Positions 27,193 through 39,500 of a stretch of 64,000 nucleotides of DNA are shown here, piece after piece. The stretch lies in contig CM082588.2 of NCBI GenBank assembly GCA_040954595.2, positions 1,417,935 through 1,481,934 on the forward strand. Reading direction: 5' to 3'. Origin of the DNA: Balanoglossus misakiensis. Its lineage: Eukaryota; Animalia; Hemichordata. Within the stretch, counting starts at the first letter, position 1, and each line of letters starts with the position of its first letter. A program made the position numbers and the translations under genes. The notes beneath the pieces were generated by a model, which worked only from the letters and a program-made list of their open reading frames with translations, had not been told where the DNA came from and searched no databases.

Positions 27193-30100
27193 CTATTGAT
27201 CCTCACTGTTTGTTTTCAGTTTTGTCTTCAGTGTTTCGTGGCTGCCATGAGTTGGTACGAAGTCTCTTTTATCAAGCAGTGGGACCATTAATTGAGGTAG
27301 GTGGACAGGTTCTTTCTGTTCTGGCGTTGGTGGCGCTATTCTGACAGTCTGCTGCCGCTGTTTGATTGGCGGAGTGGCAGGTGTAAAACTTGGCGTTGGT
27401 ACCACAGGCTCCCATCGCTTGACTTCGTGTGTCTGCGGTCTGCCTTCGATCTTCACCTGCACGCGGTGCGTTGTCGCATTGAAGAACATAGAAACGGGCG
27501 AGTCTTCGTCAATGTTGTAAAGTTCGCGGGACTGACGGGAGGAAAACGGGCTAGTCATGAGAGATGAACCACGGGTGCTGGCTGCAACGCGACTGCTCGC
27601 GCCGATACTGATCAGCACCTGTGGTTTGGATTCAGAGTTTTGTGGCTCAGAATTGGACGGCTTTGGGCTGGCACCTTTGTGGCTCCTTGGAGTTGCCACC
27701 GGGTTTTTCGCATCTGCATTCTTCCTTTGCAAGGGATCGACCCCCTGCTCCTTGCTCAGTTTACACATTTGTCTGAACGACAGCGGATATGTGATCGTCG
27801 GCACAGTGTGGTGCCCCTGCTTTTCATCATTCTTTTCCTCCACTATGGTTACGTGTTTTTTCGCTGTCTTGCTGTCATTCTTCACCACCGTCTCCTTGAC
27901 GACAGGCTTTGGCGCTGGCGATGCGAAGTTCTCTTTGTTGCTTTCATTTGTGATGCTGCTGCTTGTGTCCTCCGGGGTAGTGTGTCTGGCAATGCAACCA
28001 TTCTTCAGGGGAGAAGCGAGATCTCTGTCGGGCTTTGTTTCTGCATCCGCTGTCTTCCTGTTGCCTTGGTCACGGGAATAGACTTGAGCGCGAGTGTTGG
28101 GCCTACTCAGCTGCATTGGCAAAGTCCTATCTATCACTGTCACCTTCACTTTGCGGGTCAAATTCTGGGTGTCTCCATCCTTATGTTTGTCATCTTTGGA
28201 TTTTTGTTCTTTTTCATTCTTGTAGTCTGCGATGCTGAATCTGTACACCGGTTCTTGCTTTGGTTTTGTGGGTTTTTCACTGTTGTAGTCCGGGAAGTTT
28301 ATTGAAAGCCAGTCCTGAAGTAAAAGGGGAAATATCATGAGTGTGGATGTAGTCTGGTTGTCCTCTGAAGAAGTTAGAATGACTGGTATTTCACGAGGGT
28401 ACCACCTGGTGATTATATATAAAAAAAAAAAGATGACTGACTTACTTGTTTGACGGTTCTAGCAATACCAGTTCCATTGTATCGTGCCCTAGGTGAATTC
28501 TCAGCAACACTGTTCTTCAATGTGTTGCCACCACGAGCTGGTCTCTTCTTCATCAGCTTGTCCATATTGTGCTTGTTCAATCGCTGCACCAGCAGATGAT
28601 ACACGGCTGATGACGCCAGGGCCTTGTTGGTGAGCAGCGCCTTGACCAGCAGACCCATCTTGTGTCCCCGCATGTGACACAGATGCCGTATGATGTCCTG
28701 GTTGAGTTCCTCCTGCTTGAGGTAGTTCGGGAAGTATACCGGGAGAAGAGGCATGCAGCCCTTGTTCAGCCATGGGTGTTCCATGACTATTTCCAGCAGC
28801 GGTCGTTTGGTGGGCTCCGGTTGCAGAAGCTGGAAAAGCAGTTCCTTGCAGTCTGAGAGAGAAAAGGCAAAAATTTCCAAGTGAGTGAATCAGGAACAGA
28901 AACCAATAATGATCTGGTTTAAACATTTCCAGGGGAAGGTATGTCATAAGCAGAACTCTGACCCTTGATATCTCGGCCAATCCCAGCACATCTGTTCTAA
29001 AGTTTCACCACTTACCTTCTGATAGATAGGGTGGTATTGGGTTGTTCTCTCTCTTAACCATCTTCTTGTAGAGTTCTTTGAGGTTGTAAGGCTCCACTGT
29101 GAATGGCAGTACGCCTGTCAGCATTACAAACATGTTAACTCCACTGAAAAAAAGACAAAAATCATCCAAAGTTATTCCTGAGAAGAAACACACGCCCGAT
29201 TTCTAAATTTCCTTCTGGTAGTGTGATGGAAAATGCCACGAGCGACAGAAGACATGGAAAAACGTGCAATATTTTAAAGAGAAACTTCATAGAATTTATC
29301 GGCTACCACTGGACTGAAAGTAACGCCATCCTTTTTACTCACACGCTCCACACGTCAACTTTTGTTCCATATGTCTTCCTGGCCAATAGTTCCGGTGCTG
29401 CATAGGCCGGACTGCCGCATTGCGTGACGAAAACCTCCTGGCTCGTTTTTGTTGGTGTGTAGGCGTCTCCGCTGTCACCGTTTACACTTCTTAGTGATCT
29501 CATACAATTGCTCAGACCAAAATCTGTGAGTGAGGAAATGCGAATGATCAGAAAATCAATAAATCAATAAATCAATCAGTCTGTCTTTCTGTTATTTGTC
29601 TATCCGTGTCACTGTCTGTCTTTCCAGTGTCCGTTTTGCGCCACAAATTTATCATTTACAACCTCTATCCGACAGAGTACGGTTTATCAATGCTTTATCA
29701 CGGTCAATAACTAAACCGTGAAGAAGTTTACTCTTGACTTAGCAAGCAGCACATTGTTCTATTGTCATTTGCCCCACTTGTATCCACCGCATGACGTTCA
29801 ACCTGTAAATATTTTTGTTGAGTGTGTTCAGTGACAATGGCCGACGAAAGTCAAATGTATACATCACACGATATCGCTTTCTTCTCAAGAGCAAATGACG
29901 TAGATTTGTGAACACTTGTACGACCCTCTCCTACTAGTGATGGCGTTTCGGGCTAACAAGCTTGATTCCGATTAGCTTGTATCAACCAGCAAATCTCGTA
30001 TCATACCCGAAAGAAAATGGACTAGGCTGCATTTGGACAACTGTCAAGTTGATAACTCTGTTTATGTGTATCTAAGCAACTATGGATTTTTATCGAGTTT

Positions 30101-33100
30101 TCATTGGGATCTCCTTTTATAAACTTCTTACCTATAATCTTGATGTTACCATCTTCATCGAGCAGAAGATTTTCCACTTTTAAATCTCTGGGGAAAAACG
30201 GAAAGATTTTCCGTTAATTACATACGGGGTGAACGGCTCGCTCTTATATACACTGTTCATGTATATAGGCCAACAACCGAGACTCGTTTACCCCGAATGA
30301 CCCGCTACGTGCAAAACGCTATTTTATCCACTTATATGAGAACCAAGCTGATTAAGTGATCTTTGAAACTGCCGACACTAAATCACAGTAACACGCAATA
30401 TTAGGTCACTGTTGTGGTCTGTTCAAACTCCAAAAGGGGTTCCCTTAATTATGTATAATGATAAATTCAACAAGACGGCGAGATACTTTTGTGCCACAAA
30501 ACTTAACAACCTTGGCATTGGTGCAGCTGTAATATTGAACTTTATAGACTTGGTTGATTGGTATTTCATTGTTTGCGATACAACGGTCAAAACCACGCCA
30601 CGACAAATATTTACATTTGGGCGTGATGGAAGTTTATTCGGAGAGAAGCAGGTACGTGTACTCTTTTTGGCCTTGGAAGTCACGGGAGATCTTTCCGGAG
30701 TCTAGGTGATGTGGCGTGTACCCACCAACTGTGGAGATTTGGAACAAAGTTTAAGATCTAGTTCATGTGCCAGGCCGCACCTCAGCATTACAAAAAGGAC
30801 TGTGCGTTTGGAAAAGTGGTCTCCCCACTGTCATTTGTGCGATAATTGATATGTTATCACAGGAAAAATGCTAGTGCATGTACACTAGTATTAAGATTTG
30901 AAACATTTAAGAAAGATATCCAATAAAATACTTAAATTAAATACATAAAAAGACGTGTGCGTATGTTTGTTTGTACAGTTTCTGATCCCTGGTTCTCCTC
31001 CGATTAGTTCTAATGTATTGTACATAGGGTCTAATTATTTTACATATAAGCAAATTAAATGCTAATAACCACGTGCAACACACCTGTGCACAATGCCAGC
31101 TCTGTGTAGATGGTCGACGGCGGACACGACTTGACGGAGATACTTCCTCGCCTCGGCTTCCGACATTCCCTTCTTCCCGGCAACTTTCCCCATGATGTTC
31201 CCGCCGCTGCAGAACTCCATTATCAGGTAATAGTGGTTCTCCGTCTCCAACGTTTCCAGCAATTTGACCACGTGCGGATGGCGTATCATTTGCAGGATCC
31301 CACTTTCTCGTTTCATGTTCCTGCGCACGTAGTGGTCTTCTCTGGCTTTGAATTTGTCGATGATTTTGACGGCCACCTGAGGTTGGTGTTGAACAGAATA
31401 TTATGAGTGCTATAAGCTGAGGCCTCTATATCTTTCAATCTGCCCAACTTTCCCTCATGCCAAAGTACATTTTTTCGCCATAATATCACCCTCACAATCA
31501 ACCTTTTTCATTTTCATTTTCGGACATTGCCTAGGTATGACATAACTTCAAGTGATATGGACGACACCAATACTACAAGTGGCTTCCGAAAGATGTTCCG
31601 TCACAAGGTAGGCCTAAATGCATCTTTTATTTAATATATACGTAGGGAAAAGAGCCTGCTCAGAAATGGACTAGGTCGAATATATCTTTCGATAAAGTCT
31701 GTCGCATACAACTTTCTGACACAGCAAGGTGTTTTTCGTAGTCTCAAGACGTGTCACGACTTTGTGGTCAACCAAAGGCCGGGCAGGTATGAGTGAGGGT
31801 CATATGCTTCCTTTTGATGTAACACAGATGCATGTTACGTTTGCTTCGACTTTTTCCTTTCTTCCATTCGAGAAGAGGTGTTTACCTAAATGTATTCTGA
31901 CGTAGCATTTTACTGTCAAGTGAAAACATTTGTCAGTCTGGCATGTGTACACGTTAATCCCATATTACAACAACTCTGTCGGTCCAGTGTGTTTCAAAGA
32001 TGGCCGCACGCGGCAAATTACGTCACAGCCGGATCAGACGCACCAGAATTAACAGGTGGTTTCTCCTCTGTTTGTCTATTGATGTCAAACGACAGTGATA
32101 TGAGTATACTTCTATTTAGCGGCTGTTTAGGATTTAAATATGGTTACCTTATGCCCTATAGACACATTTATTAATCTTAAAAAATCGCAGTCATATGATT
32201 AATTTAGATTTCGTACATAGGCCCTGCATGCTGTGCGTAAAATAATAGTCCATTATAATTTAGAATAAATATGAGACATTAAACATTCTTGTGTTTCGAA
32301 CTAAGAGAAATGGGCTTGGTGATGTCAAATACTGGCATAGCTTAGTTGCTTCCTGGCAATCGTGGGAGTCGACTTCAAAGTCGTTTTCTATTCCAGTCGG
32401 CGAAGTTATTTGTGACAGTTCACCGAAGTTGTGGTCTGGGCAACGCGTTACATGTAGGGTGGCAACTACATGTGGTCATACAAACTGTGTGAAGGCTGGG
32501 CAATGACATTCGGTTTCTCGGTGTTCTCAAAAGTTGTATTTTTGTCTAACTGAAAGTTTCCCCGTTGAATAAGCTTAGTTATAATCCCTTTCCCGATTAA
32601 ACGGTTTATCTTATTCCAGTTAAGAGTTGCACTGTAGTTTTCCACACCATTCAGTACCAGCCAAAATATTGAGGTAGCGTAGCGTGGAAATCTGTTTCCA
32701 TGGAGACCTATTGTTGACACTTCACCTTCACGGCGCAACAGCGTCATCTCGCTGCTTGTGGCCCTTATTCAGTGGAAATGTCTGACCTAAATTTCTATTT
32801 GTCATTACACGATCAACCTGTTACTGTTAGTCTGTAAGATCTGTTAATCCGCGAGCTACAAAAGCTCTGCCCTTTGTACCTATATAATCCTTTTTAACAA
32901 GTGCAAAACGCAAAATACGGTTCAAAGCCGGCAATCATAATGTTCACTGCGCACATCATGAGTAGATAATATAAGACCCACCAGGGCGATCAATACTGCT
33001 GAGTATGATGTACTCGGTAGTTCATGATCAGGTCGTTTTAGAGATCAACTATTCGATAAGAACGGTCGAGTGGTGATTCGATGAACTGCCTCCTGGTAAC

Positions 33101-33690
33101 TGTCGATGGGGACAGTGGTAACAGGGTTGTCAACGACAAAATAACTGGGTCGGAGAGAGAGAGAGAGATAATATTTTGCCTTGTGGCCGGCAGCCATTGT
33201 GAACTTAAATCGGATCTGGCGAGTTTTAAAATCATGGTTTCTTCATTATGTGAGATACGATGATTGTGAATTTGTAATAGTTGATGATCAAATGAAACAG
33301 CTCACAACTTAATCAACAGATTCCCCGTGCAATTAGTAATACGTAGATTCTGCTAAAGAATAAAATTGTGGTGATGATTTCGAGCAACGAACGTGCGTGC
33401 TTCGGATAATTAGAAGCCAGTCTCACCTTTTCTCCAGTGCCGACGTGCATTCCCTCTTTGACTTTGGCGAAGCTTCCTTCACCAAGCGTTCTTCCCAGCA
33501 GATAGTGCCCAACTCGCTTGGAGTGGGAAAACCGCGACACTTCATCGTGCGGGACAGTCGTTACAGCTTTCGGCAGCGATGCAGGCTGCGACGGAGTCAG
33601 CAGGATCGCCGTGCGCGGACTCGTCGTCATTTGAACGGCTTTCTTGGCCTCGTATGCCGCAGCCAATGCGGCCGTCCCCGCGTTAGGCAT
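27193..33690 (-). CDS. HUNK: HUNK-like (hormonally up-regulated Neu-associated) AMPK-related Ser/Thr kinase, about 816 aa
   Basis: Exons 33427-33690, 31084-31376, 30132-30187, 29343-29523, 29016-29143, 28446-28852, 27193-28314. Motifs KRVGHYLLGRTLGEGSFAKVKEG, VAVK, HRDLKVEN, DFGLSN, TQCGSPAYAAPELL and MLTGVLPFTVEP closely match HUNK. A UBA-like segment and a long low-complexity tail follow. Confidence 0.88.
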
Positions 33691-36585
33691 ATTTCAGATG
33701 CTACACACTTAGACTTTTCTAAAATTAAAACCGATTCGAGTAGCACATTTAGCACTCAGCTGAGCTGCTGAGGACTTCGACAAATTCAGTGTTAATTGCG
33801 CTCTGTTCGACCGAGCAAATAACAACTCCACAACGACCCAGTCACGTATTTAATCCATGTGCCCACAATACTATGTCGTTTGTCAGCAATCCAAGTATTT
33901 AAAGTATTAAAGAACGATATCTGCTGCATGCCTCCACATATTGTCAGAAAATGAGCCCCGCTTGCTGAATCAGTTCTGTAGTATTCGCTGTGTGGCAAAC
34001 GCAACTGTAGTCACAGATAAATAGATGCCAGGGTAGAATAGAAGATGATTGCCCGACGATCGCTGTCTGTCGGTGTCTGCCGACGACCACAATGAAGCGA
34101 GTCCGCGATGACGTCCGCACAGATCGCCGCTCCTTCACGCTGTGTTGACTCGGCATATATAAACAGCGGTTGCCCAAGTCAACTGATATAGACCCGAACA
34201 AACAAATCTGATGGTGCGCATCACAAAAACCAACGGAACGCTTGGAATCCTTCAGTCCCTTTCCGTCATATCCACTAATGCTGGATTATCGCGTGTTGAA
34301 ATCGAGGATACAACGCGAGAAAAAGGGGAAGTTTTGACGAGCGATGAAGCTATTTTCGTTTCACCTGTCGAACAAGGTATTCAACATGTCATATCAGGCA
34401 GTGCGTTCTGTAGGGTTCACCGGGTAGGGCTCTTTTTCAGGCTAATAAAGAAATAATTGATCACCGCCACTGGGTCAACGCTATAAATCACCGTCAGTAT
34501 AGTCAAACAGGCGTCGCCCTCATAAATACAAATTTCAGGTGGTGCTCGTAAGGGGTGCACGTTGCCATGGAGACATACACAGCGGGAAGAGATGGATTAT
34601 TAGGGAAAACTGTAGGTAATTGCAAGGTACTAGAATTGGAAAGTGTTTACTTTATCGGATTGATTAAAACGTATGAGCGTTGCGGTATACGTGATTCAAT
34701 CTCCTTTGGTTTTTGCGTCAAATGCGGGTTACTACTTCTGGGTATTGGAATCGATTTAATTCTCGCATTCGCTCCCATCAGCCTTCTCTCTTTGTCGGTA
34801 CACTCGACCACCACTCTCAATTCGCGTTAACATGATTCAATTCACCGTTTCACGTCTGATTGAACAAACACATTCCTCCAACCATGTCGTTTCTACATCG
34901 GGAGGTTTTCACATTACTCCGGGAGTGGATTGCCACAATTCGCCCGTCTTTGTACAGGAGCCAGCTTTAATTGGCACCACCACAATGCTTTTAAAAATCG
35001 CCAACAAGGCGACTTGGGCTTATAGCTTCAGTAATGTACAAGCACCGTCACCAGTGATGAGAGGGAAACGGTTTAAGGGTTCGACTGATTTTAGGTCTTG
35101 CTAATTACCTACACACCTTCACATACTTTTACAGCAGTGAACAAGCTTTACTCAAAACATCTCACAAAAGTAAAGAGCTATACGCAGTTAGTATTGAAAG
35201 CATTTCATTAAGAATCGCGATTGAAATGCTCAGACTGCCAGGAAGTCTGGACTGTGTTGGCTTGTAATGCGTTTTGTAGAGACCTGTAAATTCAATCTGG
35301 GTAATTATATAAACGACTTTAAAGGTTCCGTCGTTTTCGGTCATTTCCCCAATAGTGCACTCAATCACGCCCCTCCCAGCATCTCACAATTCCAATCATG
35401 TATTTTCATTCATTATAAATTCATTACTTAAAAATAAAGTGCAGAATTTATTAATTATACAAAAATACCATGTCAACCAAATTATGAACCAACAAGTCCG
35501 TGATTTGCTTAATGTGCATATCTTTATTCTTTAGAAAATGCATATTTGATGAAACAACTACAAGACTGAGTAAATGCATATACACATGAAATATTTTTAC
35601 GCGAAGCTTTGAAAAAGCTTTCCAGCATGATTTTAAAACAATTTAGAAATACTAACATCTGTGCGAAGATAACAAAAGGTTTTGATATTTACATTGTAAT
35701 ATATATTCATGTTCTTGTAATAAGATTCATGACGCCTTGTAGCTCATAGTGACAACCTTATAGACTATTTGAAGGCACGTAAGCTGTTAGTGACCTTTGA
35801 ACCCAGCCTAGTGTGCCAGTGACGCACAGCGCCCTCTCAGTCAATACAGCCAAATTTGCATTACACGTTTTCAAGCACATGTACTGATAAAAAGTTGACT
35901 TCAGGAAATCGCTGCAAATTCTAGAGCTCAGAAATCTATAGCAGTTACAAGTAATGATATAAGTTTATGTCATGTGAGGAAAAAAATGAAGTGTTGTGAA
36001 TCCTGCAGTATGTAAAGTATGCCTATTTTAGGGTGTCCATGGTCCAAGATTGCTCTGTGAAAGAAAACGTCACAATATTTTTTAGAAGTTTATAGGATAT
36101 AGCCTTGATAGTCACTAGTATCCAATATGCTTGTACCAATGTTAGAAAACCTGTTCAATTATATAGCAATCCAGTTTTGAGTTCAAAAACATTGATATTA
36201 ATAAATTTGGATTTACTTTATTTCATTGTATCAAAACTATTACATGTAAATAGCTAACAAGTCATAATGGTGGATCTTTGTCAAACATGTACACACTAAA
36301 CCTTACCAAAGCTCATTTCTTCTGTAGTGTTAGGCAAAGCATGCTTATATTTCTGTTCCAAGCCTTTCTTCAGCAAATATTCTAGGTCCTTATTTTCCTG
36401 CATGCAGCATGTAATTGAATGAATTCGATTTATTACAGTGGTAAAAATGTGCGATACAAAACACTGACAGTGCAGTTGATATTGTTCTGACTAGACATTA
36501 TATAAAGATACAATGGCAGTGTTGGACTGGCAAAGTCCTTTTCCTTGTTCTGGCAGAACACTAAACTGAAATCGTTCCTACAAGT

Positions 36586-39500
36586 CTACTTTGAATTGAA
36601 TAGACTAGACTGCATCTGCACCTGTTCATTCTCTCTGTCCGTGCAACTCCTGATGTACTTGCTGTTTCCAGATTCGGCCGGTGGTTTCAGCTGTTGCTGG
36701 GCGTGTCTGATGTCTTGCAGGTTGACTTGACCTAGCGGGCGCCTGTTGGGTGAGGTTGTTGCAGATCTGGACTGCATCATGTGTTGCTGTTGCTGCGGTG
36801 GTTGGCTGGCTCCTGGTGGGTTGGCAGTTGCTAGCTGGTGGTGGAGTGGTGGTTGTTGCTGGTGGTGGTGGGATGGTTGTGGTAGTGGAGCAGCTGGCAT
36901 TGAAAAGTTCAATGGTGGCGGTGGTGGAGGTGGCATTGCATTCACCTGTAATGAGAAAATAATCATGAAAAAGAACTTCTGAGATTTCAAGTAAAAAAGC
37001 ACCACCAGTGATCCTTTACTGAATATGCATTCCTGGCAAACTTGTCACTTCCAAGCGATCGGCCTCCAATATCTCCTTACCTGCTTCCCTGAACTGTTCC
37101 TCAACACCGAAGACAGATCAACATTGCCGCCTGCCTGCATCTGGGCCATCAGGCTGCGAGACATCACATTGATAGAGTTGGGAGAGTTCTGAGTCAGCTG
37201 GGACAGTAGGTTTTTGAACTGCTGTTCCACGTTGACCATGCTGAGTCCGGGTTGAGGAGATTGCAGGTATGGGTGCTCCAGTAATTCTTGTATTGAGGGT
37301 CTTTCTTTGGGATCCCTGCGTAGACATTTCTGTTTGTTGTGAACAAAGGTAAATACATGAGTATTAATTCAGTTTCTATTAGTAATATTTTTATTGCAAA
37401 TACAGAGCCAACAATGCTGTTTTTCTGTCACTTGACCGACACATTTTTCATACCTGGAGAACATCCATCAGCAGTTTGTTTTCGATGTCCGGGAATTCTA
37501 TCTCGTAGTTGGGATCACAGATTGCCTGCAGCTTGGCAAAGGTGTTGATCTGCTGGAACGGTGTCTTGCCGTACACGATGTAGTAAAGGATGCAACCCAG
37601 AGACCACACATCACTCTTGCAGCCAATCTGAAAGGCAAATGACAAATGTCTGTGGTGTGAGTAATGTGGGACAGATACGGGAGAACTGGCTCTACTATTT
37701 GCAACGTAGAGAGATATGTACATGAGGAATTGTATTTGCTGAGAGCCATGGTAGTAACACGGTTAATGTAACATCCTAGTCTTAGGTGATCATGTACCTT
37801 GAGTCGCGGCCGTCTGTGTCCCTTGGAGTCAAACTGTGGAGTGGGAGAGGTATCTTGGATTGCCTCGGGTGACATATAGTTCAGAGTGCCCACTTGGGAT
37901 TCTCGTACGACGCTGGTCTTGTCTTGTTGTATGGCGTTGGCGATTCCGAAGTCGATCAGTTTCAGAGTGGCGTCCACAAAGAGGAAGTTGGCTGGTTTCA
38001 GATCGCTGTGGACAATTCCTGTGAAATGAGAGGAAAGTGAGAAGGTTTGGATTAACTTTTAACAACGATTGTGGCCGGTGCTAGTGCTTACAAATCTGTA
38101 CTCTTAAAAACTGTCACCAGAATTTGCTATTGGAAATTTTGTTCTGAACTGTACATGTACCTTGTTTGTGAACGCATTCCACAGCTTCAAGCATTTGACT
38201 CCAGTAATGTTTGATGTCGTCTGCTTTGATCGGTTTCTGTTTCTTCTCCTTGCGTAAGAAGCTGGCCAGGTCGATGCTGCCACACTCTTCCACCATGTAA
38301 ATGTGTGTACCTGTCACCTCACTGAGAGATAGACCACAAATAGTACATTATCAAATTATACGTAGTAATGATGATGCAGTTGATGGTGATGTCAATAGGG
38401 AATATAATATAAATGGCAGCAATGATCTTGAAAGAAATAAATGGCGATGAAGGGACTTACTGATCATAAAGATGAATTATTCTCTCACTACTCTGCAGTT
38501 TCAACAACAGACTGATTTCATTAATATATCCCTGTATAGTAATCTCATCTGCACAGTCCAAGTTGACTTGCTTGATAGCGTACAGTTTTCTCTTGCTTTC
38601 GTCAAATACTTGGTACACCTGTAACAAGAAAACAATGATATACTTTGTAACAAATTTGACAAACATTAGTAACTGCATGTTCAGGAAAACAATGACATCT
38701 TCATTGGCACATTTTGAAATTTTGACAATTCTTCTGGTGTCTGATACAAACTGAGCAAAAAATGTGCAACACTGACCTTGCTGGACCCTCCCTTTCCTAT
38801 CCTTCTCAAAACATTATAGGGTCTGCCATTGACGACAATGCAGTGTTTATTCATTGGAGTTGGTGCTGGCATTTGCTGCAAATAGAAGTAAAGAAATTAT
38901 GAATAAAAAGCATGTCCCTTATAACACAAACTAAAGCTACACGACAGGAATCAATGTCAAACTTTACCATCATCACTCCTGGAGTCATAGCAGCCTGGTT
39001 CTGCAGTGGTGTCTGGAAGCCACTCTGTGGCACCACAGGCTGCTGGGGGGTGTAGGCCGCCTGATTGAACTGCCACTGCTGTTGCATCATGTGCTGGTTA
39101 CCAGGGATTGAGGGAGTAGACATCTCAGGATTCCGGCTGTGCACAGAAAAAGAAAATACACTGTGAAATTGTAGTTACTGATGCAATTAGTTGCATTTGT
39201 TATCAGGTTTAATTATCCATGTCCCCTAACTTTAAAATAGAACCACATCAAACTCTAGACAATATCATTCCAGTAAAACGAAGAGGTGGTTACATACGTG
39301 CTTTGCAGTTTAGGCTGTGGAGTTTGCATGGTGACAGGTGCAGCTACCGGCCCAGCCTGGCTGACTTTCTGTACCTCAGCCTGTGACACGTGCATTTGCT
39401 GTTGTGGTGGTGGTTGTGGTGGCTTGACTTCCTCGACATGCACCATGTCTACATCCATTGCCTCCTGCACATCCTGTTGTGGCACCAGGTCAGACTGACT

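Noticed and set aside
27301-28305. Long plus-strand ORFs (174-221 aa)
   Set aside because: They are antisense to the last HUNK exon and have no recognisable domain. The same applies to 39502-40038 and 49671-50147.
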